From Coraliomargaritaceae bacterium (GTDB lineage Bacteria; Verrucomicrobiota; Verrucomicrobiia; Opitutales; Coraliomargaritaceae), in the NCBI GenBank assembly GCA_965656495.1, contig CBFHKU010000001.1, forward strand, positions 274,781-338,780: a DNA stretch of 64,000 bases, in the 5' to 3' direction. Every line of letters starts with the position of its first letter. The first letter of the stretch is position 1. Under the pieces are notes generated by a model. That model was given only the letters and a program-made list of their open reading frames with translations. It had not been told where the DNA came from and searched no databases. Both the position numbers and the translations under genes were made by a program. Below are positions 48,275 through 60,043 of this stretch, in pieces.

Positions 48275-49510
48275 TCATTTGCCTATACCGATATTGATAT
48301 CAGTCTGAATTTCATTGGCTTTTTCGATCGCGGGAATCGCAATGGCGGCTCCAAAGCCCAGCGGCACGATGCCTAAGAGTTGTTTGGGTGAGAAACTACC
48401 ATATTGCTCAAATAGGATGTTTCCATCGGCAATGGTGGATGCACTGGCATAGGGTTTGTAGAAATCACCCACGAGGCGCTCAATGGCTACTTCAATTACC
48501 GGAATGAAAGGGGCTGTCTCCATGTCTTGCTTCAGCGCAGGGCCAATCAATGTCATTATATCGAAGCCGTTGCTGTATTCATAGAGCAGGGCTTTAGGGG
48601 GGAGCTGTGCTGAAAACTCTTTGAAATTTTTCGTATCGGCAAGACTGGGCTGCCCCTCACCTGCAATCCAGGTAGGGTCGGTGTAGAGGACCAGATCACC
48701 TGATTCAGTGGATTTTGCGAAGAGTGAAAACTGACTCGCTTTTAAGAGTGGCGAGAAATCCGCCACGATTTGCTGGCCTTCTTCGGAAAATGTTACCGGC
48801 AGATCCAAAGCTTTCAGTTCCTTAACCAGGAAACCGGCTTCGGAGACCTGCAAGTAAAAATCCACTTTGGGAGTGTTTGGATCCGCTAGAGAAAAACGAT
48901 AAAACCCATCCCATCGGGTGCTGAGAGTAGCGATTAGCTTTTGCAGGGTCACCGCTTCGCCGAGGACGGGCTTTTGCAACTGGCTTTGCATTAACATTTG
49001 ACCCACCGGACCCAATGTTTGCACAAAGAGGGCTTCCACCGTTTCGCTTAGCGCCAGCCAATTCAGGGTACCACTGAATGCTCCGTTTGCATCGGCAGGA
49101 GCCATTTCGGCGGCTTTGAAGGACATTGGTTGAGCTTCTGCTAAGAAATAAAATTTCAAGAGCCCTTCTGGCGCACCATTCATCATTAATGCGGCGCGGT
49201 TTCGGAGTAAGCCGGATCTCAACTCTTTTGAGCTCAAGCCCCATGATTCAACCGTCGCAAAACCCAGATTCTTGAAGAGGAGATCGTAATCGATGGGTAA
49301 TATCGCCTTGCCGGGCGCTACTTTTTGCAGGGCCTTATAGATGGCATCCAGATCGTCTGCGATCTCTTTTCCGTCACCCTCAAAGTCAATATAAGCTAAT
49401 AGCGATCCATCCCTGTCGAGATACTTGGATGTCGATTCAAAGGATGCCCCTGATAGAATTAAGGGGCTGAGAAGAACTAATAAGAAAACAATTAGCGATG
49501 GACTTTTCAT
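48275..49510 (-). CDS. Exported hypothetical protein
   Basis: Long ORF with signal peptide; C-terminal AAIAIPA segment; no family recognised. Confidence 0.7.
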   Translation of the reverse strand: MKSPSLIVFLLVLLSPLILSGASFESTSKYLDRDGSLLAYIDFEGDGKEIADDLDAIYKALQKVAPGKAILPIDYDLLFKNLGFATVESWGLSSKELRSGLLRNRAALMMNGAPEGLLKFYFLAEAQPMSFKAAEMAPADANGAFSGTLNWLALSETVEALFVQTLGPVGQMLMQSQLQKPVLGEAVTLQKLIATLSTRWDGFYRFSLADPNTPKVDFYLQVSEAGFLVKELKALDLPVTFSEEGQQIVADFSPLLKASQFSLFAKSTESGDLVLYTDPTWIAGEGQPSLADTKNFKEFSAQLPPKALLYEYSNGFDIMTLIGPALKQDMETAPFIPVIEVAIERLVGDFYKPYASASTIADGNILFEQYGSFSPKQLLGIVPLGFGAAIAIPAIEKANEIQTDINIGIGK

Positions 49511-49665
49511 AGTTAGCGCCATTTTGCCCAAAGCTTACTGACTGTCAAACCGTAGCTGGAAGGCTTTTTGCTTTCTCCTTGATCTCCAGCAAGAAAGCGT
49601 ATCTGTTATAGGGTTTTCAGGACCCGGGTGATGAAAAGGCCGGGCGTTTCAACACCCTCATACAT

Positions 49666-50886
49666 ATGACATTTAAAGAACTGGGCCTCGGGTCCAAAAT
49701 TCTCTCGGCAATCGAGGCCTCGGGTTACACCGAGCCTACTCCGATTCAGGCGCAAGCCATTCCCGAAATTCTCGCAGGTCGCGATGTGATTGGCTCTGCC
49801 CAAACCGGAACCGGAAAGACCGCCGCCTTTGCCTTGCCGGCGCTTCACATTCTCGGAGGCCACAAAAAAGGGGCGCCCCCGCGTTGCCTCGCCCTCGGGC
49901 CCACTCGTGAACTGGCCGCTCAGGTGCAGGGACAATTCGAGAAATACGGCAAAAAGACCAAACTCAAAACCACCCTTGTGCATGGCGGGGTCGGCTATGG
50001 TCAGCAGCGCAAGGACCTCGAGCGCGGTTCCGACGTGGTGGTCGCCACTCCCGGGCGGCTCCTCGATCATGTGGAACAGGGCAGCATCGACCTCAGTTCG
50101 ATTGAACTGCTCATCTTGGATGAAGTCGACCGCATGCTGGACATGGGCTTCATCGAAGATGTGAAACGCATCATCAAACTCTGCCGCCATCCCAAACGCC
50201 AGACCCTCCTCTTTTCCGCCACGGTCTCAGAGGAAATCAAACGCCTCATTGCCCGCAGCCTCAAGGATCCCGTCGAGATCGCGATTGCGATTAAAATAAC
50301 GCCTGCCGAAACCGTGAAGCACGAAGTGTATCCGGTGGGAGCGATGCAGAAATTCGACCTCCTCGTTGCGCTGATTGAAAGCATGGAAATTGATAGCATG
50401 ATCATATTCTGTCGCATGAAAGTCGGGGCGGATCGCATTTCGCGATGGCTCACCGAGCGCAACTACAACTGCGCCGCGATGCATTCCAACCTCCCGCAGA
50501 AAGCCCGCACCAAGGCCTTGGATAAATTCAAAAACGGGGAAATCAAGATTCTGGTCGCGACCGATATCGCCTCACGGGGTCTCGATATCGCGAATGTGAC
50601 CCACGTGATCAACTACGATGTACCGGAGCACTGCGAGGATTATGTCCACCGCATCGGACGCACCGGACGGGCGCAACGCGAAGGCGATGCCGCAACCATT
50701 TTGGCGCCCGACGAAACTTCCAAAATCGATGCGATTGAGAAATTCATCGACCAGCAAATCCCACAGCGACGACTCGAGGGCTTTAATTACTTTTACGAAC
50801 CGCACATCCGGGAAGCCGAGACCGCGACTCCCAAGCGTCGCCGTCGCAATGCTTCCACCAGTAAATTTGGCCGTCGCCGCCGTTAG
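49666..50886 (+). CDS. DEAD-box RNA helicase (RhlE-like)
   Basis: PTPIQ, AQTGTGKT, PTRELA, DEVD, SAT, SRGLD, HRIGRTGR. Confidence 0.95.
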   Translation: MTFKELGLGSKILSAIEASGYTEPTPIQAQAIPEILAGRDVIGSAQTGTGKTAAFALPALHILGGHKKGAPPRCLALGPTRELAAQVQGQFEKYGKKTKLKTTLVHGGVGYGQQRKDLERGSDVVVATPGRLLDHVEQGSIDLSSIELLILDEVDRMLDMGFIEDVKRIIKLCRHPKRQTLLFSATVSEEIKRLIARSLKDPVEIAIAIKITPAETVKHEVYPVGAMQKFDLLVALIESMEIDSMIIFCRMKVGADRISRWLTERNYNCAAMHSNLPQKARTKALDKFKNGEIKILVATDIASRGLDIANVTHVINYDVPEHCEDYVHRIGRTGRAQREGDAATILAPDETSKIDAIEKFIDQQIPQRRLEGFNYFYEPHIREAETATPKRRRRNASTSKFGRRRR

Positions 50887-50898
50887 ATTTTTAGAAAA

Positions 50899-51645
50899 AT
50901 GAACCTCCTGCTTTTCGAGGAAGCATTTGAGCAAATCTGTATCGAATCGACGGACACCCGTGCCGCGCATCTCAGGGAGGTATTAAAAGTCGAGCTTGGA
51001 AGTCTGGTCTTTGTTGGGTTTGTGGGTGGTCGGCGCGCCCGGGCAAAAGTCACGGAATTACCGGATGACGGTTCGGTGCATTTGGAAGTGGTCGCTACAG
51101 AAGCGGCACCGCCGCCGTTGCCGGTCGCGCTCTTGATGGGCTTACCGCGTCCCCACACCGCCAAGCGGCTCCTCTTTGAGGCCGCCAGTCTGGGGCTGAG
51201 TCGGATCGATTTCTTTGAAGCGGAAAAAGGGGAGCCTTCTTACGCCCGCAGTAGCCTTTGGCAGGAAGATGGCTGGCGCGAGCGCCTGCGCCTCGGAGCG
51301 GAGCAATCCTTTGGCACGCACCTTCCCAAAGTCGCGATGTATCCGGATCTCCAGAGCGCCCTCAGCGCGCAGAACCCGCAGGCCGCGCGCCTCGCCTTGG
51401 ATAATTATGAAGCGGCGGCATCACTGGGCGAACAGATCCCAGCCGAGGCAACGGAGGTGGTGCTCGCCCTAGGACCAGAACGCGGTTGGAGTTCCGGCGA
51501 ACGCGACACTTTGCAACGCAATGGTTGGCAACTCGCGCACTTGGGTTCCTTCGTCCTGCGTTCCGAGACCGCGGCGGTTGCAGCGGTGAGTGTGGCCGCC
51601 TCGCGTATGCAGGCCTGGAAGGTCCCGACTGCGACGCAGCTTTAG
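50899..51645 (+). CDS. rsmE: 16S rRNA m3U1498 methyltransferase RsmE family
   Basis: HLREVLK, GAEQS, LGPERGW, LGSFVLRSETA. Confidence 0.88.
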   Translation: MNLLLFEEAFEQICIESTDTRAAHLREVLKVELGSLVFVGFVGGRRARAKVTELPDDGSVHLEVVATEAAPPPLPVALLMGLPRPHTAKRLLFEAASLGLSRIDFFEAEKGEPSYARSSLWQEDGWRERLRLGAEQSFGTHLPKVAMYPDLQSALSAQNPQAARLALDNYEAAASLGEQIPAEATEVVLALGPERGWSSGERDTLQRNGWQLAHLGSFVLRSETAAVAAVSVAASRMQAWKVPTATQL

Positions 51646-51658
51646 ACGCGGTGTTTTT

Positions 51659-51716
51659 AAACTACGAATCACACGGATAACACGAATCAGGCGGATGTAC
51701 ACTAATGTGCGCTAAT
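51659..51716. repeat. Short CACG(A/G)AT / CACTAAT repeat module
   Basis: AACTACGAATCACACGGATAACACGAAT...ACACTAATGTGCGCTAAT between convergent rsmE and rsmD; same motif type as at 9-38 and 156-183. Confidence 0.6.
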
Positions 51717-51788
51717 GTTTTTTTATAAGCGGATATTAGCGAAAATGAGTGGTTCCAGCTCCGCTGGTTTTTAGCCAGATCGCAGGCT

Positions 51789-52361
51789 TCAGGACTGGGG
51801 AGGGCGCTGGTAAACCGCGACGCTGGGTTTGTCTTTGCCGGATTTTCCAAGGCGCCGGATGCATTCCCAATTCGGGAAATCGAGTTCGAGCGCGCCCGGC
51901 ATTTCAAGACAGATGAGTCCGTCCGCTGCGGTGAGGGGTTCGATGTTTTCCGCAAAAATAGTCTGCATCTTGGACTCGATCATGGCGTAGGGGGGATCGA
52001 TAAAGACGAGGTCAAAGGGGCCGTGGTTGGCGTTGAGGGCATACACTTTTTGAGTCAACACCTGCCAGTTTTCGGTGTTTTCCAGTTGGCAGCTTTTAGC
52101 GACGGCGGCGAGGTTGCGGCGGAGGCAGGCGACGACTTCGGCGCTGTTCTCGACAAAGAGTCCGGCGCTCGCGCCACGGCTCATGGCCTCCAGCCCGTAA
52201 GCGCCGGTTCCGGCAAAACAATCCGCAATTCGCGCGTCTTCGATGCGGGAACCGAGAAAAGAAAAGACCGCTTCCCGCATTTGATCGGTAGCGGGGCGGG
52301 TCTCGCGCCCCTTGGGAGCGGTGAGTTGGATGCCGCGTGCCTTGCCTCCGGTGATGCGCAT
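51789..52361 (-). CDS. rsmD: 16S rRNA m2G966 methyltransferase
   Basis: MRITGGKARG, TRPATD, FAGTGAYGLEAMSRGA, DPPY. Confidence 0.93.
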   Translation of the reverse strand: MRITGGKARGIQLTAPKGRETRPATDQMREAVFSFLGSRIEDARIADCFAGTGAYGLEAMSRGASAGLFVENSAEVVACLRRNLAAVAKSCQLENTENWQVLTQKVYALNANHGPFDLVFIDPPYAMIESKMQTIFAENIEPLTAADGLICLEMPGALELDFPNWECIRRLGKSGKDKPSVAVYQRPPQS

Positions 52362-52373
52362 GGTGGGTGGGTT

Positions 52374-53165
52374 TTAGCGAACCGCCTGCCAGACGCGGAG
52401 GAGGCTTTCCACGAGCGCCGGTAATTCCGCGAGGGGGATTTGGCTGGCGGCGTCGGAGATCGCTTGTTCCGGGTTGGGGTGGGTCTCCAGGAAGACGCCG
52501 TTGGCTCCGGCGGCGAGGGCGGCGCGTGCGAGGGCGGGGACGTGTTCGCGTTGACCGCCGCTGATCCCGCCCGCCGCGCCGGGGAGTTGGACGCTATGGG
52601 TGGCATCGATAATGGTGGGGTGCCCGTTTGCCGCCATGATGCCAAAACTGCGCATATCGACGACGAGGTTTTGGTAGCCGAAGGTGGTGCCGCGATCGGT
52701 TTGCCAGATTTCGTTGGCTCCGGCTTCCTCCAGTTTTTTGACTACAAATTGCATTTCCTGCGGGGAGAGGAACTGACCTTTTTTGACGTTGATGGCGCAG
52801 TCGGTTTTTGCGGCGGCGAGGAGGAGGTCGGTTTGCCGGCAGAGAAAGGCGGGGATTTGGAGGGCGTCAACCACCGCGCCGACCGCCTCGCATTGTTCGG
52901 GCAAATGGATATCGGTGATCGTTTTAAATCCGTATTCGGCTTTGATAGTCTGGAATATTTCGAGCCCGCGATCGAGGCCGGTGCCACGGTCACTGCCAAT
53001 GGAGGTACGGTTCGCTTTGTCGAAGGAACCTTTGAAGAGGATATTCAGCTCGGGGTGTTGTTCCTGCAAGGCTTTGAGGGCATCGGCGACCGGACGACAG
53101 GTTTCGAGGCTCTCGAGGGAACAGGGGCCCGCGAGGAGGAGGAGTTGATCCGGGTTGTGCAGCAT
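52374..53165 (-). CDS. kdsA: KDO-8-phosphate synthase
   Basis: [40 protein letters not shown]. Confidence 0.96.
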   Translation of the reverse strand: MLHNPDQLLLLAGPCSLESLETCRPVADALKALQEQHPELNILFKGSFDKANRTSIGSDRGTGLDRGLEIFQTIKAEYGFKTITDIHLPEQCEAVGAVVDALQIPAFLCRQTDLLLAAAKTDCAINVKKGQFLSPQEMQFVVKKLEEAGANEIWQTDRGTTFGYQNLVVDMRSFGIMAANGHPTIIDATHSVQLPGAAGGISGGQREHVPALARAALAAGANGVFLETHPNPEQAISDAASQIPLAELPALVESLLRVWQAVR

Positions 53166-53218
53166 AGTGATATTTAGGGTAAATTTGGTTGAAACGCCAA
53201 GCGGTAATGTAGGTTCTT

Positions 53219-54469
53219 TTATTCCGCGATGAGGAGGTTTAATTCTTTCCGGAGGTCGGGTTCGAGTTCGGCGGTTTGAATCCACTCGGCGGCGGCATTG
53301 GGATCGCTGGCGTTCCACGATTCAAGGGATTCCGCGAGCTTGCGGATGCGTGCCTCGGGTTCGCTGATGGCATTGCTCCAGAGGGTGGCAGCTTCGGGGG
53401 AGTGGGCTTGAATGCGTTGAACAAAACCCTGAATGGCGGCGTCACGCTGCGGCCCGGGAGCTTGTTCGCTGAGCCAGGCCGAGGCGGCGACTGAGTCGGT
53501 GCGGGTCCATTCGTTGAGGAGGGTTTCGGTGGCGGCATTATTTTTGAGCGGGTCGCCTTCGGGGAGATCGTTCAACCATGCGGCGGCGCGGGTGGGGTCG
53601 TTGCGGGCGAGTGAGGCAACGTATGCCTCCAGAAGCGGTGCATCGGGGAAGGTTTTTAAGTAGCTACGCACCAGTCCTTCGGCAGTGGCGGGATCGCTCT
53701 CGGTTATTTTACTCAGACAATGTTCGAGGGCTTCGCTGGAACCGAGGAGCGCTTCTTGCGCCGCCCATTCGGTGGCGGCTTGGGGGTCAGCGCTGCTCCA
53801 TGCATCCAAAAGCGCTTGTGCCGCTACGAGGCGCGAGGGGCCCAGTGGGATGCCTTCAATCCATTGCGCGGCGGTCGCGGGGTCTTGTGCGCCCCATGAT
53901 TCGGCGAGCGCCGCCGCGGCGACATCTTTACTGCCATCGCTAGCCATGCCGTCGATCCAAGCTGCGGCGGCAGCGGGGTCTTGTGTGCTCCAGAGGGTCA
54001 CGCCATTCTTGAGGGTTTCGCTGCGCGCGAGGCCTTGGGCGTTGGACTCGAGCCACAGGAGGGCACCCTCCGCATCTTTGCTCGCCCATAGCGCGACCAC
54101 TTCAAGCATCGCCTGCATTCGCGGGGCGCCGGGGTCTTGCTCTTGAAGCCATCCCATCGCGTCCGAGGGATCCAGTTCGGCGCGGCGACGCGCTTCATTC
54201 AGGAGGGATTCAAGGTAGGAATTGGGTGCGCTGATAGCGGGGCGTTCCGGGAGATCCGAATCGCTTTGTGTTTCGGATTTGGGGGTGGCTTCGGGTTCAG
54301 TCGGGGTGTTGTTTGAAATTTCGGGGAGGTGCAGGGCTTGGGGTGCCGGGGGCTGGCTGCGGCGGAGCAGTTCGCGCAGTTGTTGCTCGAGGTGCAGACC
54401 GTAGGGGATTGCCACGCAGAGGAAGAGCAGGAAGGCGATGGCGAGCCAGTTAGTCGGTCGGTTATTCAT
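53219..54469 (-). CDS. Membrane-anchored helical-repeat protein (DPxAAAxW repeats)
   Basis: N-terminal TM, low-complexity linker, about ten W...DP.AAA.W repeats. Confidence 0.8.
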   Translation of the reverse strand: MNNRPTNWLAIAFLLFLCVAIPYGLHLEQQLRELLRRSQPPAPQALHLPEISNNTPTEPEATPKSETQSDSDLPERPAISAPNSYLESLLNEARRRAELDPSDAMGWLQEQDPGAPRMQAMLEVVALWASKDAEGALLWLESNAQGLARSETLKNGVTLWSTQDPAAAAAWIDGMASDGSKDVAAAALAESWGAQDPATAAQWIEGIPLGPSRLVAAQALLDAWSSADPQAATEWAAQEALLGSSEALEHCLSKITESDPATAEGLVRSYLKTFPDAPLLEAYVASLARNDPTRAAAWLNDLPEGDPLKNNAATETLLNEWTRTDSVAASAWLSEQAPGPQRDAAIQGFVQRIQAHSPEAATLWSNAISEPEARIRKLAESLESWNASDPNAAAEWIQTAELEPDLRKELNLLIAE

Positions 54470-54475
54470 AGGGAT

Positions 54476-55282
54476 TTATTCCAGGCCAAAGAAGTTGCGG
54501 GTATTGGCAGTCGTGATGGCGGCGAGTGCCTCGGGCGCAATACCGAGTACCTCGGCGGCGCGTTCGGCGATATATTTCAGATAAGCGGGTTCGTTGCCTT
54601 CGCCGCGGTGTGGTTCGGGGGCGAGATAGGGGCAGTCGGTCTCAAGCATGAGGCGTTCGAGGCCCTGAGTGGCGAGTGCGGCCCGTACCGAGTCCGCTTT
54701 TTTATAGGTCACAATCCCGGTAAATGAGGCGCGTCCACCGCGCTCGTTGATTTGTTTGATTTCTTTGGGCCCATAACTGAAGCAATGAAAGACGACCCGC
54801 GCCCAATCGATACCGGATTCGTCAATCATACGCCGGGTGTCGTCAAAGGCATCGCGGCTGTGAATGATGACCGGTACTTCCAGTTCGCGGGCCAGCGCCA
54901 GTTGCTCGCGGAACGCCGCTTCCTGGTGGAGGATGGTCTCGCCCGCCGCGACCGGATCCTTTGGCAGGTGAAAGTAATCGAGCCCGATTTCTCCAAGGGC
55001 GCAGGGAGGGTGGGGCGGCATGAAGAAGGGGGAGAGCTGTGTCACATCGTCCGCCCAATCGGCCTCGACGTAGCAAGGATGGAGTCCGGCGGTGTAAAAA
55101 ATTTTCCCCGGATGGGCGGCGCTCATTTCGCGATAGGGGACCCAGTCGCTCGTGGAGGTACCGACCGCGATCATTTGCCCGACCCCCGCTTGTTCGGCCC
55201 GTTGCAGCACTTCGCTCAGGGTGCCGTTTTTTTGAAAACCCTGTAGGTGGCAATGACTATCGATGAGGAAATTGGAGGGCAT
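54476..55282 (-). CDS. tatD: TatD family hydrolase
   Basis: IDSHCH, GLHP, GEIGLDY, IHSRDA, ETDCPYL. Confidence 0.95.
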   Translation of the reverse strand: MPSNFLIDSHCHLQGFQKNGTLSEVLQRAEQAGVGQMIAVGTSTSDWVPYREMSAAHPGKIFYTAGLHPCYVEADWADDVTQLSPFFMPPHPPCALGEIGLDYFHLPKDPVAAGETILHQEAAFREQLALARELEVPVIIHSRDAFDDTRRMIDESGIDWARVVFHCFSYGPKEIKQINERGGRASFTGIVTYKKADSVRAALATQGLERLMLETDCPYLAPEPHRGEGNEPAYLKYIAERAAEVLGIAPEALAAITTANTRNFFGLE

Positions 55283-55302
55283 GTTTTCAGGCGGGGTTTG
55301 CG

Positions 55303-55680
55303 TTACCAAATAAATAATTTTAGATCAGGGACTCGTTTGAAGTGTTTGGCGTTGGCGGTGACAAGGGTAGAATCGGTGCAGCGTGCATGTGCGGCGATTT
55401 GGGTATCAAAATCACCGATCTGAATCCCTTTACCAGTCAAATATGCCAAGAGTCGTCCGGTAGCCTGCGCTGCTTCCGATTCAAAGGGTAGGACTTTAAC
55501 GGCATCGAGGAGGACTTGAACTTTCTTTTTTTCCCGTTTTCCACCGGCGTGGTGAACGCCCGCCCAAAGTTCACTTTCAACGACTGCGCTGATGCAACAA
55601 GCCTCGCCCTCAATTTCGGCGGGCGGTTGCGCACCGCGCAAGAGGTTTATGCAGGCGGAGGTGTCGAGCATGTACGACAT
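55303..55680 (-). CDS. vapC: VapC PIN toxin
   Basis: [33 protein letters not shown]. Confidence 0.93.
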   Translation of the reverse strand: MSYMLDTSACINLLRGAQPPAEIEGEACCISAVVESELWAGVHHAGGKREKKKVQVLLDAVKVLPFESEAAQATGRLLAYLTGKGIQIGDFDTQIAAHARCTDSTLVTANAKHFKRVPDLKLFIW

Positions 55681-55925
55681 TAAACCTCCTTGCTTGCTTT
55701 GAGGTTAACGCGTTGTCCGGTGGTGCTTTGCGGGAGGCGGTCCGGGAAATCGCCGCCAATTTCAGCGCAGGTTTCCGCCACCTGAGCGAGGGATGGATTG
55801 CGGGGGCGGATGATGATGTGGTCCTTGTGGCGTTCGAGGCTTACCTCGCGGACGCCACTGACCCAGCTTTTGGGAATTCGCAGGGCAATGGAGCGCCCGG
55901 TTTCAAAGAGTTTTGCGGTTTTCAT
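55680..55925 (-). CDS. vapB: VapB antitoxin (AbrB/MazE-type)
   Basis: MKTAKLFETGRSIALRIPK; translationally coupled to vapC. Confidence 0.9.
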   Translation of the reverse strand: MKTAKLFETGRSIALRIPKSWVSGVREVSLERHKDHIIIRPRNPSLAQVAETCAEIGGDFPDRLPQSTTGQRVNLKASKEV

Positions 55926-55949
55926 GGTATATACCATGATATGTATCAT
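55923..55949. promoter_or_regulatory. vapBC operator palindromes
   Basis: Perfect 16-bp palindrome CATGGTATATACCATG, adjacent imperfect ATGATATGTATCAT, TTGACA upstream on the minus strand. Confidence 0.7.
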
Positions 55950-56035
55950 TCGACTTGTCAATGAAAGTGCTTGAGATGTGCGGCGAGGGAATCATCTTGC
56001 AGTGAAATTCTTTTTATACGCCTAATAAAAATATT

Positions 56036-56962
56036 ATGGAAGATGTCATCATTCTAGGAACCGGATGCGCGGGTTTGACCGCTGCAATTTATACCGGTCG
56101 TGCGCAGTTGAATCCCCTCGTGTTGGAGGGAACACAACCGGGGGGTCAATTGACGACGACCTCGGAGGTGGAGAATTTTCCGGGTTTCCCGGAGGGGATT
56201 GATGGGTATACCATGATGGATAACCTGCGGAAACAGGCGGCGCGCTTTGGGGCGCGATACGAACACGCCAAGGTCGACCGCATTGAGGTGGAGGGCGAAG
56301 TGAAGCGCCTGCACGCTGGGGAAAAGGTTTACGAAGCACGCACCGTTATAATTGGCACGGGGGCGCGTCCGCGGCTCCTGGGCATCCCGGGCGAACAGGA
56401 AATGTTTGGCGGGAAGGGTGTCACAACCTGCGCGACCTGCGATGGTGCTTTTTACCGCGACATGGACGTGGTGGTCGTGGGCGGCGGTGACTCCGCCTGT
56501 GAGGAGGCGCTCTTTTTGACGCGTTTTTGTTCAAAGGTGACTTTGATTCACCGGCGTGACAGTTTGCGGGCTTCCCAGATTATGGCGGAGCGTGCCATTG
56601 CGCATGAAAAGATCGAGATGGCTTGGAATTCCCTGCCGCAGGAGATTTTGGCGGACGAGACGGGGAATGCGCGGGCGATTCGCGTGAAGGATGCGGTCAG
56701 TGGCGAGGAGCGTGAGATTCCCTGCAAAGGAGCGTTCATTGCGATTGGGCATATTCCAAACACCGATTTTGCGGAGGGTCTGCTGGAACGCGATGGGGAC
56801 GGCTATATCGTGCCGGCAGCGGGGAGCCAGGTTAAGACTTCGATTCCGGGGCTCTTTGCGGCGGGTGATTGCGTGGACCATGTTTACCGTCAGGCTATTA
56901 CGGCGGCGGGGATGGGTTGCCAGGCGGCGATTGAAGCGGAGCGTTGGTTGGCAGAACAATAG
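56036..56962 (+). CDS. trxB: Thioredoxin reductase
   Basis: [40 protein letters not shown]. Confidence 0.97.
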   Translation: MEDVIILGTGCAGLTAAIYTGRAQLNPLVLEGTQPGGQLTTTSEVENFPGFPEGIDGYTMMDNLRKQAARFGARYEHAKVDRIEVEGEVKRLHAGEKVYEARTVIIGTGARPRLLGIPGEQEMFGGKGVTTCATCDGAFYRDMDVVVVGGGDSACEEALFLTRFCSKVTLIHRRDSLRASQIMAERAIAHEKIEMAWNSLPQEILADETGNARAIRVKDAVSGEEREIPCKGAFIAIGHIPNTDFAEGLLERDGDGYIVPAAGSQVKTSIPGLFAAGDCVDHVYRQAITAAGMGCQAAIEAERWLAEQ

Positions 56963-57004
56963 GGATTCGTTTGCGTTGATCCCAGTTAGCCTACAACTTG
57001 CTAC

Positions 57005-57643
57005 ATGGATTTATCGGATCGCAGAGCGGATTATACCAAGCATGCCCTCGACATAGGGGACTTGGCGGATTGTCCGTTTGCGCAATTTCGCAGCTGGTAT
57101 GCGGCGGCAGAGGATTGCGAATTGGAGGAACCGAATGCTTTTTGCCTCGCGACTGCGGATGCAGGCGGGCAGCCCTCGACGCGCATTGTTTTGCTGAAGG
57201 AATTTTCAGAGAAGGGTTTGGTTTTCTACACGAATTACGAAAGCCGCAAGGCGGAGGCGATGGAAGCAAACCCGCAGGTCTCGGCGAATTTCCTCTGGTT
57301 GCCCCTGCAGCGTCAGGTGAACGTAGCGGGTCGGGTCGAGCGCATCAGCAAGGCGGAATCCCTGAAGTATTTTCTTTCACGTCCCTTGGCGAGTCAGTTG
57401 GGGGCATGGACTTCGCCGCAAAGTAAAGTGATCCGCTCGCGTCAAATTCTGGAGGCGAAATGGGAACAGATGAAGGCGAAGTTTTCGGAGGGCAAGGTGC
57501 CGCTGCCGGATCATTGGGGCGGGTATCGCATCGTGCCGGAGCGCATTGAATTTTGGCAAGGGCGACCCAGTCGTCTGCATGACCGCTTCGTTTACCAGCG
57601 CGATGCTGCGGGGGCGTGGTCGGTGGAACGTTTGGCACCTTAG
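57005..57643 (+). CDS. pdxH: Pyridoxamine 5'-phosphate oxidase
   Basis: [33 protein letters not shown]. Confidence 0.96.
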   Translation: MDLSDRRADYTKHALDIGDLADCPFAQFRSWYAAAEDCELEEPNAFCLATADAGGQPSTRIVLLKEFSEKGLVFYTNYESRKAEAMEANPQVSANFLWLPLQRQVNVAGRVERISKAESLKYFLSRPLASQLGAWTSPQSKVIRSRQILEAKWEQMKAKFSEGKVPLPDHWGGYRIVPERIEFWQGRPSRLHDRFVYQRDAAGAWSVERLAP

Positions 57644-57658
57644 AGAGTCTGGTGTAGA

Positions 57659-58510
57659 ATGCGCGTTGATTGCCACATGCACACGCCGCTTTGCGGTCAC
57701 GCTTTCGGGCATCCGATTGAATACGCTCTGGCGGCGCGGGATCAGGGGATTGATCTCGTTACGATCACCTGCCACATCCCGATGGAATGGGCGGATTTTG
57801 GGCAGGCAGGGATTCGGATGACGCGGGAAGATTTGGATTTGTATATTGAAATGGTGGAAAAAGCGGCGGTGGTGGCGTCAGATTTTGGGGTGGAGATGCT
57901 CTGTGGAATTGAGGCCGAGGTTTTCCCGGACGAGACGCATATGGAATCGATGGATGCGGTTTTGGCGGCCTATGATTTTGATTTCGTGCTGGGCTCGCTG
58001 CACGCGCAGTGCGCGAGTTACCGGGGATGGTTGAAGCAAAATAAAGTCAAGGACGATGCCATTATCATCGATTCGTATTTCCGGCATTTAAAGGACGGGG
58101 CGGAATCGGGTCGCTACGATAGTATGTCGCATCCGGATGTGATTCGCACCTACGGGGTGGTGGGGCATTTTGAACCCGCCGCGCACGAGCCCGTCATACG
58201 GGAATTTCTGCAGGCGGTGGTGGATGCCGATATGTGCATGGAGGTGAACACCAGTGGCCTGACAAAGGGCGATTTTGAGGTGCATCCCGATCCTTTGATT
58301 TTGGGTTGGGCGGCGGAGATGGGGGTGAAATTAACGATGGGTTCGGATTCGCACGCGCCGGGCTCGGTGGGGCAATATTTTGATACGGTGCAGGCGCTTT
58401 TGCGGGAGAAGGGCTTTCGGGATTTGCATTATTTCCGGGGGCGGAAACGCGTAAGGATTGATATGCCGGTGCCGCGCGATGCGGAAACAGTCGGTTCGCT
58501 TGAAGGCTAG
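57659..58510 (+). CDS. Histidinol-phosphatase, HisJ/PHP family
   Basis: [31 protein letters not shown]. Confidence 0.88.
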   Translation: MRVDCHMHTPLCGHAFGHPIEYALAARDQGIDLVTITCHIPMEWADFGQAGIRMTREDLDLYIEMVEKAAVVASDFGVEMLCGIEAEVFPDETHMESMDAVLAAYDFDFVLGSLHAQCASYRGWLKQNKVKDDAIIIDSYFRHLKDGAESGRYDSMSHPDVIRTYGVVGHFEPAAHEPVIREFLQAVVDADMCMEVNTSGLTKGDFEVHPDPLILGWAAEMGVKLTMGSDSHAPGSVGQYFDTVQALLREKGFRDLHYFRGRKRVRIDMPVPRDAETVGSLEG

Positions 58511-58582
58511 GTCGGTTTTATCGGGGCAGGGGAAAGGCGACATGACGCTTGCCACCGGCGCGGGAGCAAGTTTGCTGAGGGT

Positions 58583-59842
58583 ATGCCCATTACAGCCCAG
58601 TCACGTTTTTTGGAGTATACAAGCGCCCAGCGCATCGCGGAGGAATACGGCACGCCTTGTTATGTTTATGATGCCGCGACCCTCGATGCCAATGCCGCGG
58701 CGGTGCTGGCGTTTCCGAATGCCTATGGTTTGACGGCGCGTTATGCGATGAAGGCCTGCCCGAATGCGAACATTCTGCGCCGCTTTGAGGCGGCGGGTCT
58801 GCACATCGATGCGAGTTCGGGCTACGAGGTGAAGCGGGCGATGGCGGCGGGTTTTGCGCCGGAGAAGATTTCGCTCAGCACGCAGGAATTGCCGGAGGAT
58901 TTTGCGGCATTGTGCGGGCAGGGGGTGCTGTTGAATGCCTGTTCCCTGAATCAACTGGAGCGTTTTGGTGCCGCCTTTGAAGGGGGCGAGGTGGGCTTGC
59001 GCTTTAATCCCGGCGCGGGCTCGGGCGGCAATAACCGCACGAATGTCGGCGGGCCGGCATCCAGTTTCGGTATTTGGCATGAGTGGTTGCCGGAGGTGCA
59101 GGCGCTCGTTGCGAAATATCAACTCAAGGTGGTGCGCATTCACACACACATCGGTTCGGGGAGTGATCCGGCAGTCTGGCAAAAAATTTCCAGCATGAGT
59201 TTGGATTTGGTGCGGGCTTTCCCGGAGGTGCATACCCTGAATCTCGGCGGAGGCTATAAAGTCGCCCGTATGCCGGAAGAGACAGGTACCGATCTGCAGG
59301 CATGTGGGGCGCCCGTCGCGGAAAAATTCCGCGAGTTTGCCGCCGAGACCGGCCGTGAGATCCATTTGGAAATCGAACCGGGCACCTTCCTGCTCGCGAA
59401 CGCCGGAGCGGTGCTCGCCAAAGTACAGGATATGGTTTCCACCGGCCCGCAGGGCTACGAATTTTTGAAGCTCAACACCGGTATGACGGAATTGCTGCGC
59501 CCCTCCCTTTACGGCGCACAACATCCCGTGACCCTTCTGCAAGCCGAACCTTCCGGCGAAACGGTGGAGTACGTTCTGGCGGGGCATTGTTGTGAATCGG
59601 GCGACATCCTAAGTCCGGCACCGGGCGATCCGGAATTACTCGCACCCCGTGCTTTGCCGCGCGCCGCGATTGGAGACCTTTGCGTGATCGATGGGGCGGG
59701 GGCCTATTGTGCCGCCATGACCGCCAAGCATTACAATTCCTATCCCGAGGCCGCTGAAATCCTCCTCGAATGCGACGGCTCGACCCGTCTGATTCGCAAG
59801 CGACAAGCCCCGGACGCCCTCTGGGCAGACGAAATCGCATAA
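58583..59842 (+). CDS. lysA: Diaminopimelate decarboxylase
   Basis: YAMKA, HTHIGSG, NLGGG, EPGTFL, CESGD, GAYC. Confidence 0.93.
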   Translation: MPITAQSRFLEYTSAQRIAEEYGTPCYVYDAATLDANAAAVLAFPNAYGLTARYAMKACPNANILRRFEAAGLHIDASSGYEVKRAMAAGFAPEKISLSTQELPEDFAALCGQGVLLNACSLNQLERFGAAFEGGEVGLRFNPGAGSGGNNRTNVGGPASSFGIWHEWLPEVQALVAKYQLKVVRIHTHIGSGSDPAVWQKISSMSLDLVRAFPEVHTLNLGGGYKVARMPEETGTDLQACGAPVAEKFREFAAETGREIHLEIEPGTFLLANAGAVLAKVQDMVSTGPQGYEFLKLNTGMTELLRPSLYGAQHPVTLLQAEPSGETVEYVLAGHCCESGDILSPAPGDPELLAPRALPRAAIGDLCVIDGAGAYCAAMTAKHYNSYPEAAEILLECDGSTRLIRKRQAPDALWADEIA

Positions 59843-60043
59843 TTACCGCGAGTATGTAAGTCCATTGTTAATGGGCCCGCTGCTATTTGAAGCTGTGGGG
59901 CGTCTCATATTAAACACCACAGGTGTAAATCTAGGGTCTTCATTTGCTGAATGTTCATGAATTGATATTATTTGTGCTATAAACAGCAATTGGTTGAATG
60001 ACGGAATTAAGGTAAACTATAAGTTCCCTCAAAGATCAAGTAG

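Noticed and set aside
53166..53318. N-terminal extension of kdsA
   Set aside because: Overlaps the upstream gene; KdsA homology begins at Met 53165.
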